This document shows, piece by piece, positions 49,050-61,799 of a DNA stretch of 64,000 nucleotides. The notes beneath the pieces were generated by a model. The model was not told the DNA's origin and did not search any database. It was given only the letters and a program-made list of their open reading frames with translations. How positions within the stretch are numbered: position 1 is the stretch's first letter; each line of letters begins with the position of its first letter. Source of the stretch: Raillietiella orientalis. Taxonomy: Eukaryota. Where the stretch lies: positions 1,550,001-1,614,000 of the forward strand of contig JAYWIR010000012.1 of NCBI GenBank assembly GCA_036172245.1, given 5' to 3'. The position numbers and the translations under genes were made by a program.

Positions 49050-51650
49050 TTGATGGTCGCCATATGAGGAACAGTTCCTCTGCTTCCCGTATTTACTATC
49101 CTTCGATCTCAGAATTCTTTCGTTGCCGCTGATGTGAAAGTGGGAAACAAAGAGCTATGGAGTGAGGTGACCACTCTATGATTTCCTTGGGAAGCAGGGA
49201 GTGTACTTTTGTTCTCAGCAAGATCACATAGTCATCTCCAGCTGGTGATGGAAGCCGCCACCGGTCAATGGGTGCTTTACACTTGGTACTGAGATTCCGT
49301 GCTTCAAGAAATGCGGGTTTTCGAAGATTCCCGGAAACCGCAACAGCGGCGGACAGATGGTTTTGTGATTCTGCGACAGGTAGAGGCGAATGCACGCTGA
49401 CACGGATCCCAATGATGGATCTTCTGGCTGGAATTATAGAAACGCTAACACGGAAAGCTTTGCAGTGGGAGGAAAGCACGGACTAAATTACAGTGCCTGA
49501 AGAAACGCCTTTTGTTAGTCGAAGCCAAGGAAGATCACAAAAACAGAGATACAAAAAACAATCCTGAATACGGTGATGAAGAACAATGGGAATTAAAAAA
49601 ATGCGGCTTCACATCACAAGGGGACTTTAAGAAGCTCAGCTAGCATCTGCTGAAAATAAAGCTGAAAGGAAACTGTGAAAACAAATAGCTGCAAGGCATC
49701 CGAAGGCCTCTAAAGAAGAATGGTGGCGGAATTGGTTGACTAGAGGGCCAGTCCATATTCCATGCTGCTTTTCCTCTTGACTTCTCTCTAAATCGTAAGT
49801 TTTGAAACTGCACGATACTCCTGAACCCAGCCTCTTCATTTACGGAAGCATTTGGTCAGAGCACTCCGGAGTGACAGCTTCTAGTCGAAGAAGATATGCA
49901 GAGTGTTCCAGAGCTCCTATTTGCGTGAAAGAAACGAAAAAGATGATGAGAAGCAACACTCATGAGCATCAGCAAGCTGCAGAAGAGCGTGCGCTCCCAT
50001 GTAAAATTGGAATGTATCCTGGAATAGTCGCAGCCCTCCCGCTGGCTTCCAGGCCGCATGGAAGCCCCTTCCCTGCACAGGGTTTCCATTTCCGGGTTTC
50101 GAACTTCCCTGCCGCTTCGGACGGCAGGATACCATCATCCCAGATGTTTCCTCGGGGACTCGGCTCGGGGACTACTCGTAAGAGAGACTGGTAACACCCT
50201 TTGCTCCACAGCTGGTGGCTCCTTCGAGCTTTTTGCTCCTGTTCCACCACCGATTACAAGGTAGGTATTGTACAGCACAATGTTTGTAAACGGGTGCGAG
50301 TAAGCCTGTGAAAAATTTTGCCTGTTGTTACTCTGGTGCCAACGTCTGCTCATGTAGAGCACGAGGCTTGCAAGTACCCAGTACTTGCTTACTATGGATT
50401 CAGGAGCATTTCCGAATCATTGAAGGATACGACGAACCAAGTTCTGCTGCCAATGTGCCTGCAGTTTCTTCGGCAGAGGAAGGAAACTTCACGTCTGCCC
50501 AGCCTTTTAAAAAGAGCCCTTGTTTGCTCTTTTTTCAATAAAGGCGTGGGCAAGAAAACAACGTGGTCCGCTATTGCCTTTTCACCCGGCTGCGCCGAGG
50601 GCTTCATTTTCCAAAAAAAGAAAAATAAACAATGTGGATGAAGAAATGCGATGGATTCTTCTAAAATTTCAGGGAGAAGTTAAAAGAAAGAAAACTACCA
50701 ACTCGCGGGCCGTTTACAAAAAGGAGAGGAGAGGGTGTAGGGAAGGAGACGGCAGCAAGATAAATAAAAGGAAAAGGAGGGTCAATGGTCATGGGTTCTT
50801 CTGAAACCTGCGTGAGATGCAAACGACGTCCTACCGTGGATGTGGAAAGAAACACTTTGCCACATTCCTCATCACTGAGGAGGACACGTGGTCCTTCCTT
50901 GCTGGAGCTCCTCCCCAGTGTTTTGGGACGCCGAGGTCTTCCTGGAGCAGCACATCGCGGAAAGACGATCGCGGAAGCAGCCGAAAGCCCGTCCCCCGCA
51001 AAGCAGCGACGCAGCAGCTCTTCCGGCGTATCTTCGGGTCGGAGGACCGTTAATGGACTAGGTGAATTCGCGAGTTCCCTCACGGAATTATCAGGTGCTG
51101 GATTTGCAGAGCCCAGATCCTCCGAGACGAGAATCAGTCGTGTGTTTTTTTTTTTTTTTTTAAATAAAGTCGATACTTAGCAACGTGAGTAAATAATTAG
51201 TAGTTACAAATTACTGGTAGATGAAGGTTTCGAAAGTCCCTCGTTTTGCGAAAAGACATTCCGTGATGATCTGCCCCTATCCGTTTGATTTTGATATTCT
51301 CAATGCGACGTTGATGCGGGTTTTCCTTCAGCGATCCGTTCATCTAGTGAAATGGAAGAAACTTGAGCCCCGCATGGAAACCCCAGCAGCGGGGAAGAGA
51401 AACACCCTCAACCACTATCTGAAAAACCTGGGCACTCCCGCTTTCGGAAATCAAATTACTGCAAGGGAGACATATCGCTGATATGGGGTTTCGGGCAGCC
51501 AGTGGACCCCCGCGCGTTGGCCAGAGCCATCTCCGTGGGATGTGGGAAGTTTCGCGATACCTTGGAGTATGCCACGTTTGCGCAAGCGTGCAAGAGAAAT
51601 AGCGATCTCCTCTCTCGGATTTCCAGTGGCCTCCTGCAAGTTACCTCAGC
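49050..51650. mobile_element. Cluster of short LINE ORF2 fragments on both strands
   Basis: Plus: SLGSRECTFVLSKIT, HRVSISGFRTSLPLRTAGYHHP, GCGKFRDTLEYATFAQAC. Minus (~50900-51050): ELLRRCFAGDGLSA..RCAAPGRP. Confidence 0.4.
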
Positions 51651-51667
51651 CTTTTCCTCAGGTCGGT

Positions 51668-52512
51668 TCCTCTTTTTCCTTGACTCGCTAAATGTTGAAG
51701 AACCGTCCGCCTTCTTAGGGGAGACTCACCAAGCTCTTTGACACCGTCCACGCCATCCGAAGGGCGTGTGACTCTTCAGGTTATAGAGGGTATCCCCTAA
51801 GCGACCACCTAATGGATCCAGGAAGGCTCCGGAAGAAGGAGTCCGTTCCTCTGACGCTTGGAAGGGAGGGAACTCCGAAGGAAACCCTCGTCCTCGTTGT
51901 CTACGAAGGGAGCCCCGAAGGGAAGAGATTCTTACTTGTTCTCTCTGGAGGGACCCTCCGGTTTCTAGGGCCACTTCTCATTTCTTCTTCAGAGGGAACC
52001 TGCAAGGGAACCGCTCCTTCTTTACTCTTCTGAAGAGAACCCTGAAGGGACGCTTCCCGTTTTTTCTGAGGCGCGCTCTTCAAAGGGAGCAGTGCGTTTC
52101 TGACACCCTGGAGCAGCAATCCCCGAGGGGGGCATCAACCAGCTCCATGGATCGCGATGAAAGGTCCATCCAGAAAGAGGAAGAACGGCTCCATTTTCAC
52201 AACCGTGAAAAACCCCGAAGGACTCTTTGATATGCTGGAAGGACCCCAGAGGTCCAACTTCCAATCCCGTACAGCCAGCAGGTCAGGATTGGAAGCCAGT
52301 CAACAGGATCATCCGGTTTCATCCGGTTTCCAGATTCCACTGATGCTGCACTCGAAGCCTTCAGGTCACCGCGCTGGTGACCTGAAGGCGGGGGGACTCG
52401 AAACCCACGACTCACCCATTTCTCGGCGTGGAAAATTTCCCAGGTGGGATTCAAACCCTCAACGTTTTGCACCACTCCCGGCAGCCGCAGCCTGCACAGC
52501 TGCCACCGTGGG
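51668..52512 (-). mobile_element. SINE copy 7 (full length)
   Basis: rc GGGTTTGAATCCCACC head, second motif GGGTTTCGAGTCCCCC, shared body and tail. Confidence 0.85.
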
Positions 52513-52519
52513 CTGGGTG

Positions 52520-54780
52520 CACCTCTTCGACGAAAGACGTGACCAACCGGTCAATCAGATCAAGAGAGCTACCTTGAGACGCGGAGTTCTCCACTCAGTC
52601 CATCCCGGGAGTGCATTTGGAGCTCCACAAAGAAAAGGAAGTAACGTTTTTTTGAGTGATGTCCTGCTCGATTTGACTGCTCAGGAGCAGCTTCAGAAGA
52701 GACAAGGCAGAAGAAGGAGGTCGAACATAGAGTTTGCTTACAAAAGAGGCACTGCAGCAGCAGGAATTTTCTTCAACTCTGGGGTCTTCAGACTTTGGCA
52801 AACGACGGGCTGATGAGAGCACAGACGATTTCAGAGAGATGGAAACACCAGCAGAGAAATGATGCGCCCGCTGATGGGTGTGAATCCAGACTTGAATGAG
52901 ACTTGGATTTCGAACTGAATGAAGACGATTTCCGAGGTCACGACCGTGGGGATGCTGTTCGGTAAACTTGAGTTCCGGCGATCTGCTGCTGAGGTTCAGC
53001 AACCTGAGAAAATAGCAACGAGGACCTACGGGATATTCAGGCTGCCTCCTTATCCAGAACATCCTCAGTTATCAAACGAGAAGCGGATGCTAGAATGTGC
53101 CCCGCCAGAACTGCCGTCGATGAGCACAGGCTCACTCATCTGGCGTATGCGGATGATCTGTTCTTCTTCCTGAAGGACGAGAGAGATGATCATGCGTTCC
53201 TCGGTGTAGTCGAGTCCATGGAAAAGGCACTGGGCTTGAAGATCAACGCCCGCAAATCGCAACTTTTGCCGAGGGGAAATCCTCGACCTCAAGCATACTC
53301 ATGGCATTGAGCAAGAACAAGGGCACAAAATTTTCTGTGCTCTCCCTTGGAAGATATGACTAATACAAGCGACTACTGAGCAGCTGATGATTTCATTAAT
53401 ATTTTGTAATTTGAGTTTCATGACTTCAGTTTGGGCTCTTGTCAAATGTAAACATCAAACATGGAGAAGGGATTCGGCTTGGTGGACGACGTGAAGTACC
53501 TGGGCACCCACATTGGCGACTCGTCGTCGTCCCAGCTGCTGTGGACGGAAATCCTAGGGAAAACGCGAGAAGCAGTCAAGTACGTCCGAGCCGACTTCAG
53601 CATGAAGCAGAGGGCTAACTTGTGGAACGGCGTGCTCCTTTGCAAGGTGCCCTTCGGGACCGCCTTCTGCCGAATCAACAAAAAGACCAGGGCAGAAGTG
53701 GAGGAGCTGCAGATGAAGGTCATCTGGCGGGAGTCCAAGCCGCGCGTAAGCTTCAAGCTGCTATGTCGCCTGAGAGAGAAGGTGGGATCGGGATGAAGTC
53801 TCTGCCCCGGGTCATCGACCACGTGGATGTGCGGCAACTGGCTCTCGATTGGAAACAGCGACCTTATGTAGCCCACAGGGCTTACTCGAGACTGGTCAAC
53901 CACTCGAATTGCCTGATGTCGGCGCTCATAGGCAAATGCGGAGAGTGGGGCAACATCGACAGAGTGGGGCAACATCGACTCCACGTGGAAAAGGAAGCAG
54001 GCACTGGTGGCCAAATGCCCCCTCAAGATCTTGCCTCGAAGCAAGGAACTGGGGAACAAATAACTGACCATGGTTATCCCGTACTTTGTACCGGTACTTA
54101 GGGAGACTTGGAAGTGAATGTTTCAGAAGCCAGCAATGACCATCCGCGACTGCGAAAAGTTTGCAAGCAGTGGCAACCTCCACGAGATGCGACTGTTTCT
54201 CTACGCGTAATGCATGAGAGGGACATTCACCTGCAAGACGAGAGAGTTTTGGGAGCGTGAGAATCCAACGCCTGTATCCTGGAAACTAAAGTCAATATTT
54301 TCGACGTAATGAAGGGGAGCTATCCGGAAGAAGAAGGCGTTCTTTTCAGGGCTGCCAACCGCTACGGAACCCGAATGGTGAACCTGCAAGTTGTTGGAAA
54401 CACAGTCTTCAGAAACAACCTTTCACCAAGCAATCAGGACGAACTCCTCCTATTTTACCATGGAATCATCCTGAGTGGGAGCAGGGCAGCACACTGGATT
54501 GGCAACATCCAGGACGAGCTCTTCAAGGCGTGTGACAGCAGAGAAAAAAACAGCCCACGTCCTTACCTGCACGATGCTGATCCAGGACCGGAGCACGCTG
54601 AAGGCGGTGATCGGCCTGAAAGAGGACCACAGCAGTGCACCTCTTTGCGGGAATATTCGACTGGAGCGCAAATGTCCTGCGCTACAATCCTATGGTTCAA
54701 ACCACCGTTACTCTCTTCATCACGAGCGTCGTGATAAGAAAGGCGAAGACGAGGAAATGGCGACGCGATGTCCGAGTGAG
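52520..54780 (+). mobile_element. Decayed L1/Tx1-type LINE ORF2, same family as copy A (copy E), with an internal deletion and an insertion
   Basis: QGRRRRSNIEF..IFFN linker, LTHLAYADDLFFFL..LGLKINARKS (53131-53265), VKYLGTHI, PEREGGIGM, AANRYG, KACDSRE..TAHVLTC; 54350-54740 aligns with 3045-3435. Confidence 0.9.
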
Positions 54781-55599
54781 CTCCCTACAAATTTTCGAAG
54801 GTTTCAGTGCTCCAGATTCATCCCCCTCGCATCCCCAGATTTTAAAAAGTGAACTTCTACTTCCGCAAAACGGAATCAGCAAAACGCACAGCGGTTGCAC
54901 ATGTCAGAAGCTGCAGCTGAAATTCTAAAGTTTCTCTTCCCTGGATCTACGGAATTCGATGAATGGAACTGAGAACTTGAGACCGTTTCTAAGATGAAAG
55001 CGGTTGCCAAAAAGCCAGCTCGCGATGCTCATGCCCCCGCCTGACCTCGGGCGCTTCACGTGCATCATGTGGAACACGCCCTCGGCGCGTCCTTGAAATG
55101 CACCCTGGTACCTGCTAAACGCTTGCTCCATTGCCGAAGTCGCACAGAAAATCACAGCATCCGATCGGTCGAGCTGGAGCTTCTCGATGTTCTTTAAAGA
55201 AACTCTTCCTGGAAAATCAAAGTCGTCGCCGGCGCAACGGGATGAACGGGAATGGACAGTAAGACCGAGATAACAGGTACGGCAAAGATGTCAGGAGTAG
55301 GAGGACAACAGGAAGACGAGCTTCCGGACCGCAACGCCGAAACTCTCCTCCACCGACCACGCCGCTAATCTGCATGTGATAGGGTCACCTGGGGGGAGTC
55401 TAGCGACTCAGGTCAAGGACTGCGAAAGCCAATGGAGAACCCTGCTCCATAGTGAATGGGCACTCTGCATCGGGACGCTTCCTGTGTAACTTCAGAGCAC
55501 ACGCAGTTCGCGGACCGCGGAACCACCCACGCAGCTCTTAATCTCTCCGCCTTCGAGAAAAAGCCACCAAGAATGTAGCAGACTGGCAGGGGATGCTTC

Positions 55600-56050
55600 G
55601 AAGGGACGCCCTACACAAATTGCCAGCCCCATCACATCTGCTCGAGGATGGAATCCGCTGGCGATGGCTGCATTCAGGACTCTGCGGCTTCCGGAAGGGA
55701 GAGGACAGACGACCACCAAGGATGGAGGGGAGGATCATTTGCTCTGTCTGCAGCAGCGTTCACGGGACGTTTGTCGAAAGCGGAGCGGAATAAACTTGTC
55801 CTACAGACCATTCCAATCGGAGGAATGTAGGAACTGTTCATTGCACCCTGAGGTGAGTGCACGGGATGGACTTGCTGAAGAGGTCTTGAAGATATTCCCG
55901 TTGTCTCTTCCGTTTGTGATGAGTCACTGTCAGAGGGAGTAGAAAGACCTCTTCGATGCCGATGGATCGACCTTGCAGAAGAAGGGAAGAAGTTGCAGCT
56001 CCTTTTCTGAGAGAGTGACAAGATCCTCGCCGAGAATGAACCACTACAGA
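55600..56050 (+). mobile_element. LINE ORF2 C-terminal fragment
   Basis: NKLVLQTIPIG / CRNCSLHPEVSAR..VLKIF. Confidence 0.3.
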
Positions 56051-56339
56051 AATGACTAAAGCTGCTTCCTTCCTTACAAGAAGATGTGTAAATTTGAGTT
56101 CCTAGGGCCTGAAAAAGAAGTGAGAAGGAGGAAAGGAAAAAGAAAAGAGGGAGGATGAAGGGAATAGCACAAGGCTTTGTTCTTCGAGCTACGCGCCCGT
56201 CCGCGAGGCTTTAACTCGACTAATCAGCCAAGTGGCAAGCTAACATATCCCCCTTCCCCCCTGTACAGAGCAACGAAGAGGATCGCAGCATGAGGATCCT
56301 TCTGCTACAAAACGAAGCACCGAAATCGCCAGGGAGCAC

Positions 56340-57400
56340 TAAGGTGAGAAGAGGACTTTCGGCAAAGCCATGTAGACCTTTGCCGACAGTCCACATGGCT
56401 CATGGCACTTTGGGAGCAGGCTGGTAGGAACCAGGCAGAAAAATCCAGGACCGAACACAACAGGTCAGGATCTCGTGGAAGGATTTTTGGACTCCCTTCC
56501 GGAGAGACGACGCTGCTTTGAGCAATCCTCAGGCACCCCGGTTAATCCATCGGCGGACTCTGAGGAACGCTTCCAGTTCTACATTTCATCCACTCAACGG
56601 GCAACGTCCATCAGGGAAGGTGCCGGTCATGACGACCTTCGATGGTCATTTCCGCGATCTCTGTGGGCTCTCTACGCCATCTTGGAGAGTACGACGGTGG
56701 CTCATTCTTCCCGACTTTCGCGTCCCCCGATTCGTTATGGAGATTCGTTCCTGCATCTTTCCCGCCCGATTCTTCGAGTTTACGGTTCCTTAGTGAAAGT
56801 TGGGTCGCAACGCCACCCTGCGGCATCTTCAGAAACCGCCGCCTGCCCACCCTTGGCAGGCACCCGCGCAAGGAAACATGGCCTTCCTCTACCGAAGGGG
56901 ACGCAGACCTAGGCGGCCGTGCGTTCCACGGAAGACCACACCATGAGTCGGGCGCACTTCCCGTCTGAACTCAACAGGTCCGTCCGTGCGCCCTACGCTC
57001 GCAGAAGAAAGGCGCTGGCAGTCTGCACAGGCACGGTGCGTGGCAAGCTATGGGGCCTCAACCACGCCATCAGCTCCACAGGCATGCAGAACAAGAAGGC
57101 GACCAATCGGCTCCCTCCGGCAGCCCGAAGAGCAGTGGTACGGTGGCTGATGGTCTGCGGTCAAACTCCATTCCGGGAAGAATCCAGAGCCGTGACGGAA
57201 CCGAGGGCCCTCAGATTTCTATGAAGCGAGCCTCTCAAGACTCTACGAATCCCCTGCTGATCCCCCACAAGAGGAGGAGAGAAGACCAGCGCTCCATCTC
57301 ACCGGCAAAGGGATCTTCGGGAGACCTCGGAATACGGGATGGAACACGGCGCGAAGAGAACAGGCGATCACGAGGTGGCGGCGAGTGTGGCGCGTAGGGA
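56340..57400 (+). mobile_element. Decayed Tx1-type ORF1
   Basis: IRYGDSFLHLSRPILRVYGSLVKV, HFPSELNRSVRAPY, knuckle relic CTGTVRGKLWGLNHAISST, then a basic low-complexity tail. Confidence 0.45.
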
Positions 57401-57649
57401 GGGAGGCGTGCGCGTCACTTCCCTGGAGATCTGCCCGAGATTCAGATCGAGCCGCCGTCCGGATTAAGTCCTGACGAACCGCCGCCTCGGGTGGGAGCGG
57501 AAGCAGCGGGAACGGCTAGGCTGCGAACCCCCTAGTCATTGGCTGCACCTCAGACCCATCATCTGCAAAAACGGGCATGAGTGAAAGTGTTCCCTGAATG
57601 AGGCCGCTCCAAATAGAGAACTCAACGTTCATGATCTGGGAAGAAGTTC

Positions 57650-58434
57650 CCCGCGCTAGCGGCCATGTGGCTGCGGCTTCCGAGCGTGGCACCGGGCGTT
57701 GCGGGTTCGAATCCCGTACGAGGAAGGATCGACACCAGAGAAATAGAGGAGTGCGTCGTGAGTTTCGAGTCCCTCCCTTCAGTATGACGCTGGTTGGCCT
57801 GCAGGTTTCTGGAGGGCACTGGTGGAACCCGGAAACTCCCGTTGACTCGCCAGGTTCGGAAGTGGACTTTCCAGGATCCTTCCGGGAACCACTGAAACCT
57901 TCGAGGTTTTTCCATCCGGTTGTGAAAATGGAGCCGTCCTTCCTCACCCAGGGAGGAGGAACACTCCGCCGCATTCCATGGAGCTGGTTGATGCCCCCCT
58001 CGGTGGGTTGCCTCTCCAGGGTGTCGGAAGATGCTGCTTGCTTAGGGAAGCTCCCTTCAGAGAAAATGGAAAGCATCCCATCAGGGTTCTTTTCAGAGGA
58101 GAAAACAAAGAAGGAGCGGTTCCCGTGCAGCTTCGCTCTGGAGAAGAAATTCAGGAACGGATCCTTTCCGGAGAAGAAATGCAAGGAGCGGTCCCTTTTG
58201 GAGATAACCAGGGGCGAGGGTTCTCTTCAGGGTTTCCTCGCAAGCGTAAGAGGAACGGACTCCTTCCCCAGGATCATTCCTAGATTTGTAAGGTGGACCC
58301 TCTGGAGCGCCCCTTATAATTTGGAAAGTCACACGCACCCTCGGTTGGCGTGGACGGTGTCCAAGAGCATCGTGAGCTCTCCCTAAGTAGGCGGACGGCT
58401 CTTCAGCACCCCTTGAGAACCAAAAAAAAAAAAA
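57650..58434 (+). mobile_element. SINE copy 8 (full length, clearest poly-A)
   Basis: A-box-like TAGCGGCCATGTGG, B-box GGTTCGAATCCC at 57704-57715, second GTTTCGAGTCCC at ~57762-57773, tandem block ~58080-58240, two hairpins, A13 at 58422-58434. Confidence 0.9.
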
Positions 58435-59249
58435 CTGGAAGAAAAGCAGCGAAAGCAGAAGAACCCAAGAGGTTTCCATCATTCTAGGCCGATAGCAACA
58501 ATCTCCCCAAGAGATCGCTGCTAGTCTTTAAAAAATAAAAATAAAATAATGAAAACTAAAATTAAAAGAAAAGATGTTCCACGGTCTTTTGTGTCGCAAA
58601 GCGCTCACAAATAGGGGGCTTGCCCGACGGAAGCTGGACCGTTTTCAGCGCGTCCCCTCCGTCTGCCTACGAGTTCTGCGCACGCCGCAACCACCCCAAT
58701 GTGGACTACGGGACTGCATCTTTTAGCTGCAAGAAGCGCTCGAGGAGACCGAAAGGGCACTGGAGGGAAAGAGCGGCGTGCCAGAAACGCACAACGCGGC
58801 GGCGAGGAAAAAAGGCGGCCTCCTTTTCTTCTCCCCCTTAGATTGAGCTCCTTCTCTCTTTTTTTTTTTTTTTTGATACAAGGATGGAAGGCTCTCTTCT
58901 TGAGAGAAGAGGAGACGAATCCGAAAATAGTTTTGATTTTCGTCGCGACCCCTCTCGTTTCGGTCCCGATTTGCATCCGGGAACGAGTTTCTTCGAGCCG
59001 GATCCGTCCCTCGCTGTCGTGGAAGCACGGAAAGACAAGATCGATCTGCAGCCCTTGCTTCCGTAGCAGGACTCCGCTCCGCGGATCCCTTCCTTTTCCC
59101 GAGGAGGACTTCCTCGTGCTTCTTCCTCCCGGGGAGCCGGTGGAAATGCAAAGTTTGATGCAGAAGTCTTGGGGGATTCCCTCTGAAAGTTCGCCGGCGC
59201 TTCCGCCTTCCTCCTGACAGGCAGGTGACTCGAATCGTTAATTTGCCGG

Positions 59250-61200
59250 GAGCCCAAATGAAATTCCGCGCGAATCGCAAGACCTCCGCCACAGCGTCCC
59301 TGAAGGGAGGAGAGGCACGCATAGTCCCGTACTAGGGCGCGCAAGCAGTGATGGCTCCTATCCCGAATATACAAGGAGTGCGTCGTCTGGCAAGAATCAA
59401 ACCGTCCTTAATCCCCACGTCAGAGATCGAACTGGGATTATCGGGTGACGCGACCAACTGGTCTTTCATATCCGGAAGGGGCTATCTGGGAACACTGGGG
59501 GCTGTTTGCCTTTACTCGAGCTTCCCGAAAAAGGTTGGATGCTTGGGGGCTCCACGTGCCCCTACAACTACTGAGCCGTGGCTGAAGAAGATTCAAAACC
59601 ACATTTGTATCCCGACTGCATTCCTCAAATCTTTCTTGAAGTCACTTGACCTTTACTTGTTCCTTCAATGCTCTGGAGCGCTAGTCAGTCTCTCTGAGGC
59701 ATCAGAAATACTTCAAGGCTCCCGTTTGCACTCGTTTAGGGGCAGCAGTGGAGCAAACTTAGAGTTGTAGGAGCCATCTTCTGGTGGACAGCAAAGATTT
59801 GTGGCTCTTCATCTACGAAAATACAATGATGGCACGAAATCAGAGCATAAGGATCCGTCATTCCTTCGCATTTGCCGGTGGTTCGGATTCCCCCGACTTC
59901 CTTTGTTTCTTTTAGTATTTGTGTTTCTGAGGTGCTCCATTGATGGAAGTGCTCTGCAAGCCACCCATTGGCACAATCAACGTGTCACAAGAATTTCTTC
60001 GAGGGCATTCACTTCGGGTGAGAGTTATCCTTCGAAACGAGAGGCACCAACATCCTTCTGCAGAATGGAGAGAATAGGCAGCAGCGGCATCTCCCTCTCG
60101 AGTGCGACCTCTTTCGCACGCATCGCGCCTCCTCCGAGCTGCCTGTTTCCCATTCGGCGGACTGGCACGACCCGCGCATTCTCGTCCTTCCGTTTGTTCC
60201 TTCCAGACTTCAAGCTACGTAACCTTCAGACTGCCTTGGACATGAAATGAGCGCCCTCCGTATGCTCGTCACTTCCAGAGGACCGCGTCTTCTTGGTTTG
60301 TTGGTAAATGATTTGAAGATGATGCCACCAAGCAGAGCTGTGATCAGCGAAAGCAGTCGAAAGATCTGACCTCGCCCCTCCTATGTGCTTTCTTGCCCTC
60401 ACTGCATGTTTTTGTTTTTGTTCCGGCTTGCTTGTCCCACTTCATGGAAGTGACTATTCACTTCATGAGCAACGGGCAACGGACTTCTCCATAGAGCCCA
60501 CCCCCTTTCCCCCGCCCCTTCCCTGCAGTCTTGCATCCTCGATCCTCCGAATACGATCTCGACATGAATGAATGCACGAGACGCCACGTCCTTTGAGGGT
60601 CTCGGGAGCATTTCGTGGCAACTCCTGACAGTTGCGCCTCCGTGCGCAGTTGACCCGAATTTGCAGAGCTCGCAGACACGCGAGCGCTCGGGCAGACCTG
60701 TGAGGGATTTGCCCTGACCTCCAGAGTAGGCGGAACGGCATTTGTTTCCCCGGCTGGAAATCATGTACCGTCGCGGTACATGATTTCCAGCCGGGCAAAA
60801 AAGCGCAGGAGTGGACAGGACGCACTTCTCGAGCCTGCCGAAAATTCGACCAGGAAGAATCTCCACCCTGAACGGTGCTGCCACCTTGGGACCTTGAAAA
60901 CTCTAGGTGGGAGGTTGGCTGCCTCCTTGAGGCCTCAAGGAAGCACGGGGCAGTTGCTGCCACGTTTAGAAATTGCTCGTAAACCTGCTGTCCTCGAAGT
61001 CTCCTTTCACAGGTGTACAGATGCAGGGAAAAATGCACCCCAATCTCTGGAGTTGCGATCTCTGAAAATAACGACGGCGTCACATTTTCAGCCTCGCAGT
61101 GCAGTGTGCAGAAGCCTGTGCTCGGAAACTTCCGTACTCCCACTCAGGCTGGCAGCACCGATGTGGTCCTTGTTGTGCCCGGGCCTCTCCTTGCAGCAAA
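59250..61200 (-). mobile_element. Probable decayed LINE ORF2 fragments
   Basis: NKCRSAYSGGQG (GGLG-like) and FDSCQTTHSL..HHCLRALVRD (Zn-motif relic). Confidence 0.3.
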
Positions 61201-61799
61201 CGTCTGCACCACACAACGAGGAGGCCCGGGGGCGTAGCAGGTGTGGGAGACTGAATCGTCCGCGCACTGCTGATGAACTGCGGCGTTCTCCATCGGTTGC
61301 GAGAGCGGCTGGCTCCAGCGGTCCTGCATCCTGGGGAATCTCCCGCTGGACTGTTGCGCCAGTTTTTTTTTCTCTCTCTCTCGCGAGAGGGTCCTTCGTC
61401 TGCCTGTGTGATCGAAATGTTCTGTTGCCTCCTCGCTACCTCTGGAGCTGCAGCAGCGAAACAACGGGAAGTCACCAGCATCGCTGTTTCCTTCACCAGG
61501 AAGGCTTGCAAGTCGGCCCATTTCTTTTTCTTTTTTTTTAAAAAAAGTCACCAGGGAGATCGCCAACGTCTTGCAGAGGTTGTAAAAGAGGAGCAGCAGC
61601 TCGGGCGTTCTCTACCTGCTACCCATCAGCTGTGTTTATTTATTGATTTGCCTGCCTTTTTACGCCTCCGATGCTCTAAGCATCTTCCGCCTCTGACCTG
61701 CCAGTCGGCAAACCCCTCGGATTGAGCTTCGCGGGTGCGTGAGTGCTCGCGTGTTCCCGGAAGGACAAGGAGCTCTGCCTCTTCCAGAGTTTTGTTGTT

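Noticed and set aside
57650..57725. Functional tRNA genes at the B-box sites
   Set aside because: No convincing acceptor stem or cloverleaf; each is fused to the same long body and copies are highly diverged.
57598..58386. Longest ORF (262 aa) as a gene
   Set aside because: It coincides with SINE copy 8; the other copies do not keep this frame and I see no protein motif.
60780..61541. 253-aa ORF, and similar GC-rich ORFs such as 36513-37169 and 37755-38414
   Set aside because: Arg/Ser/Pro-rich, no domain, overlapped by ORFs in other frames; typical chance ORFs in repeat DNA.
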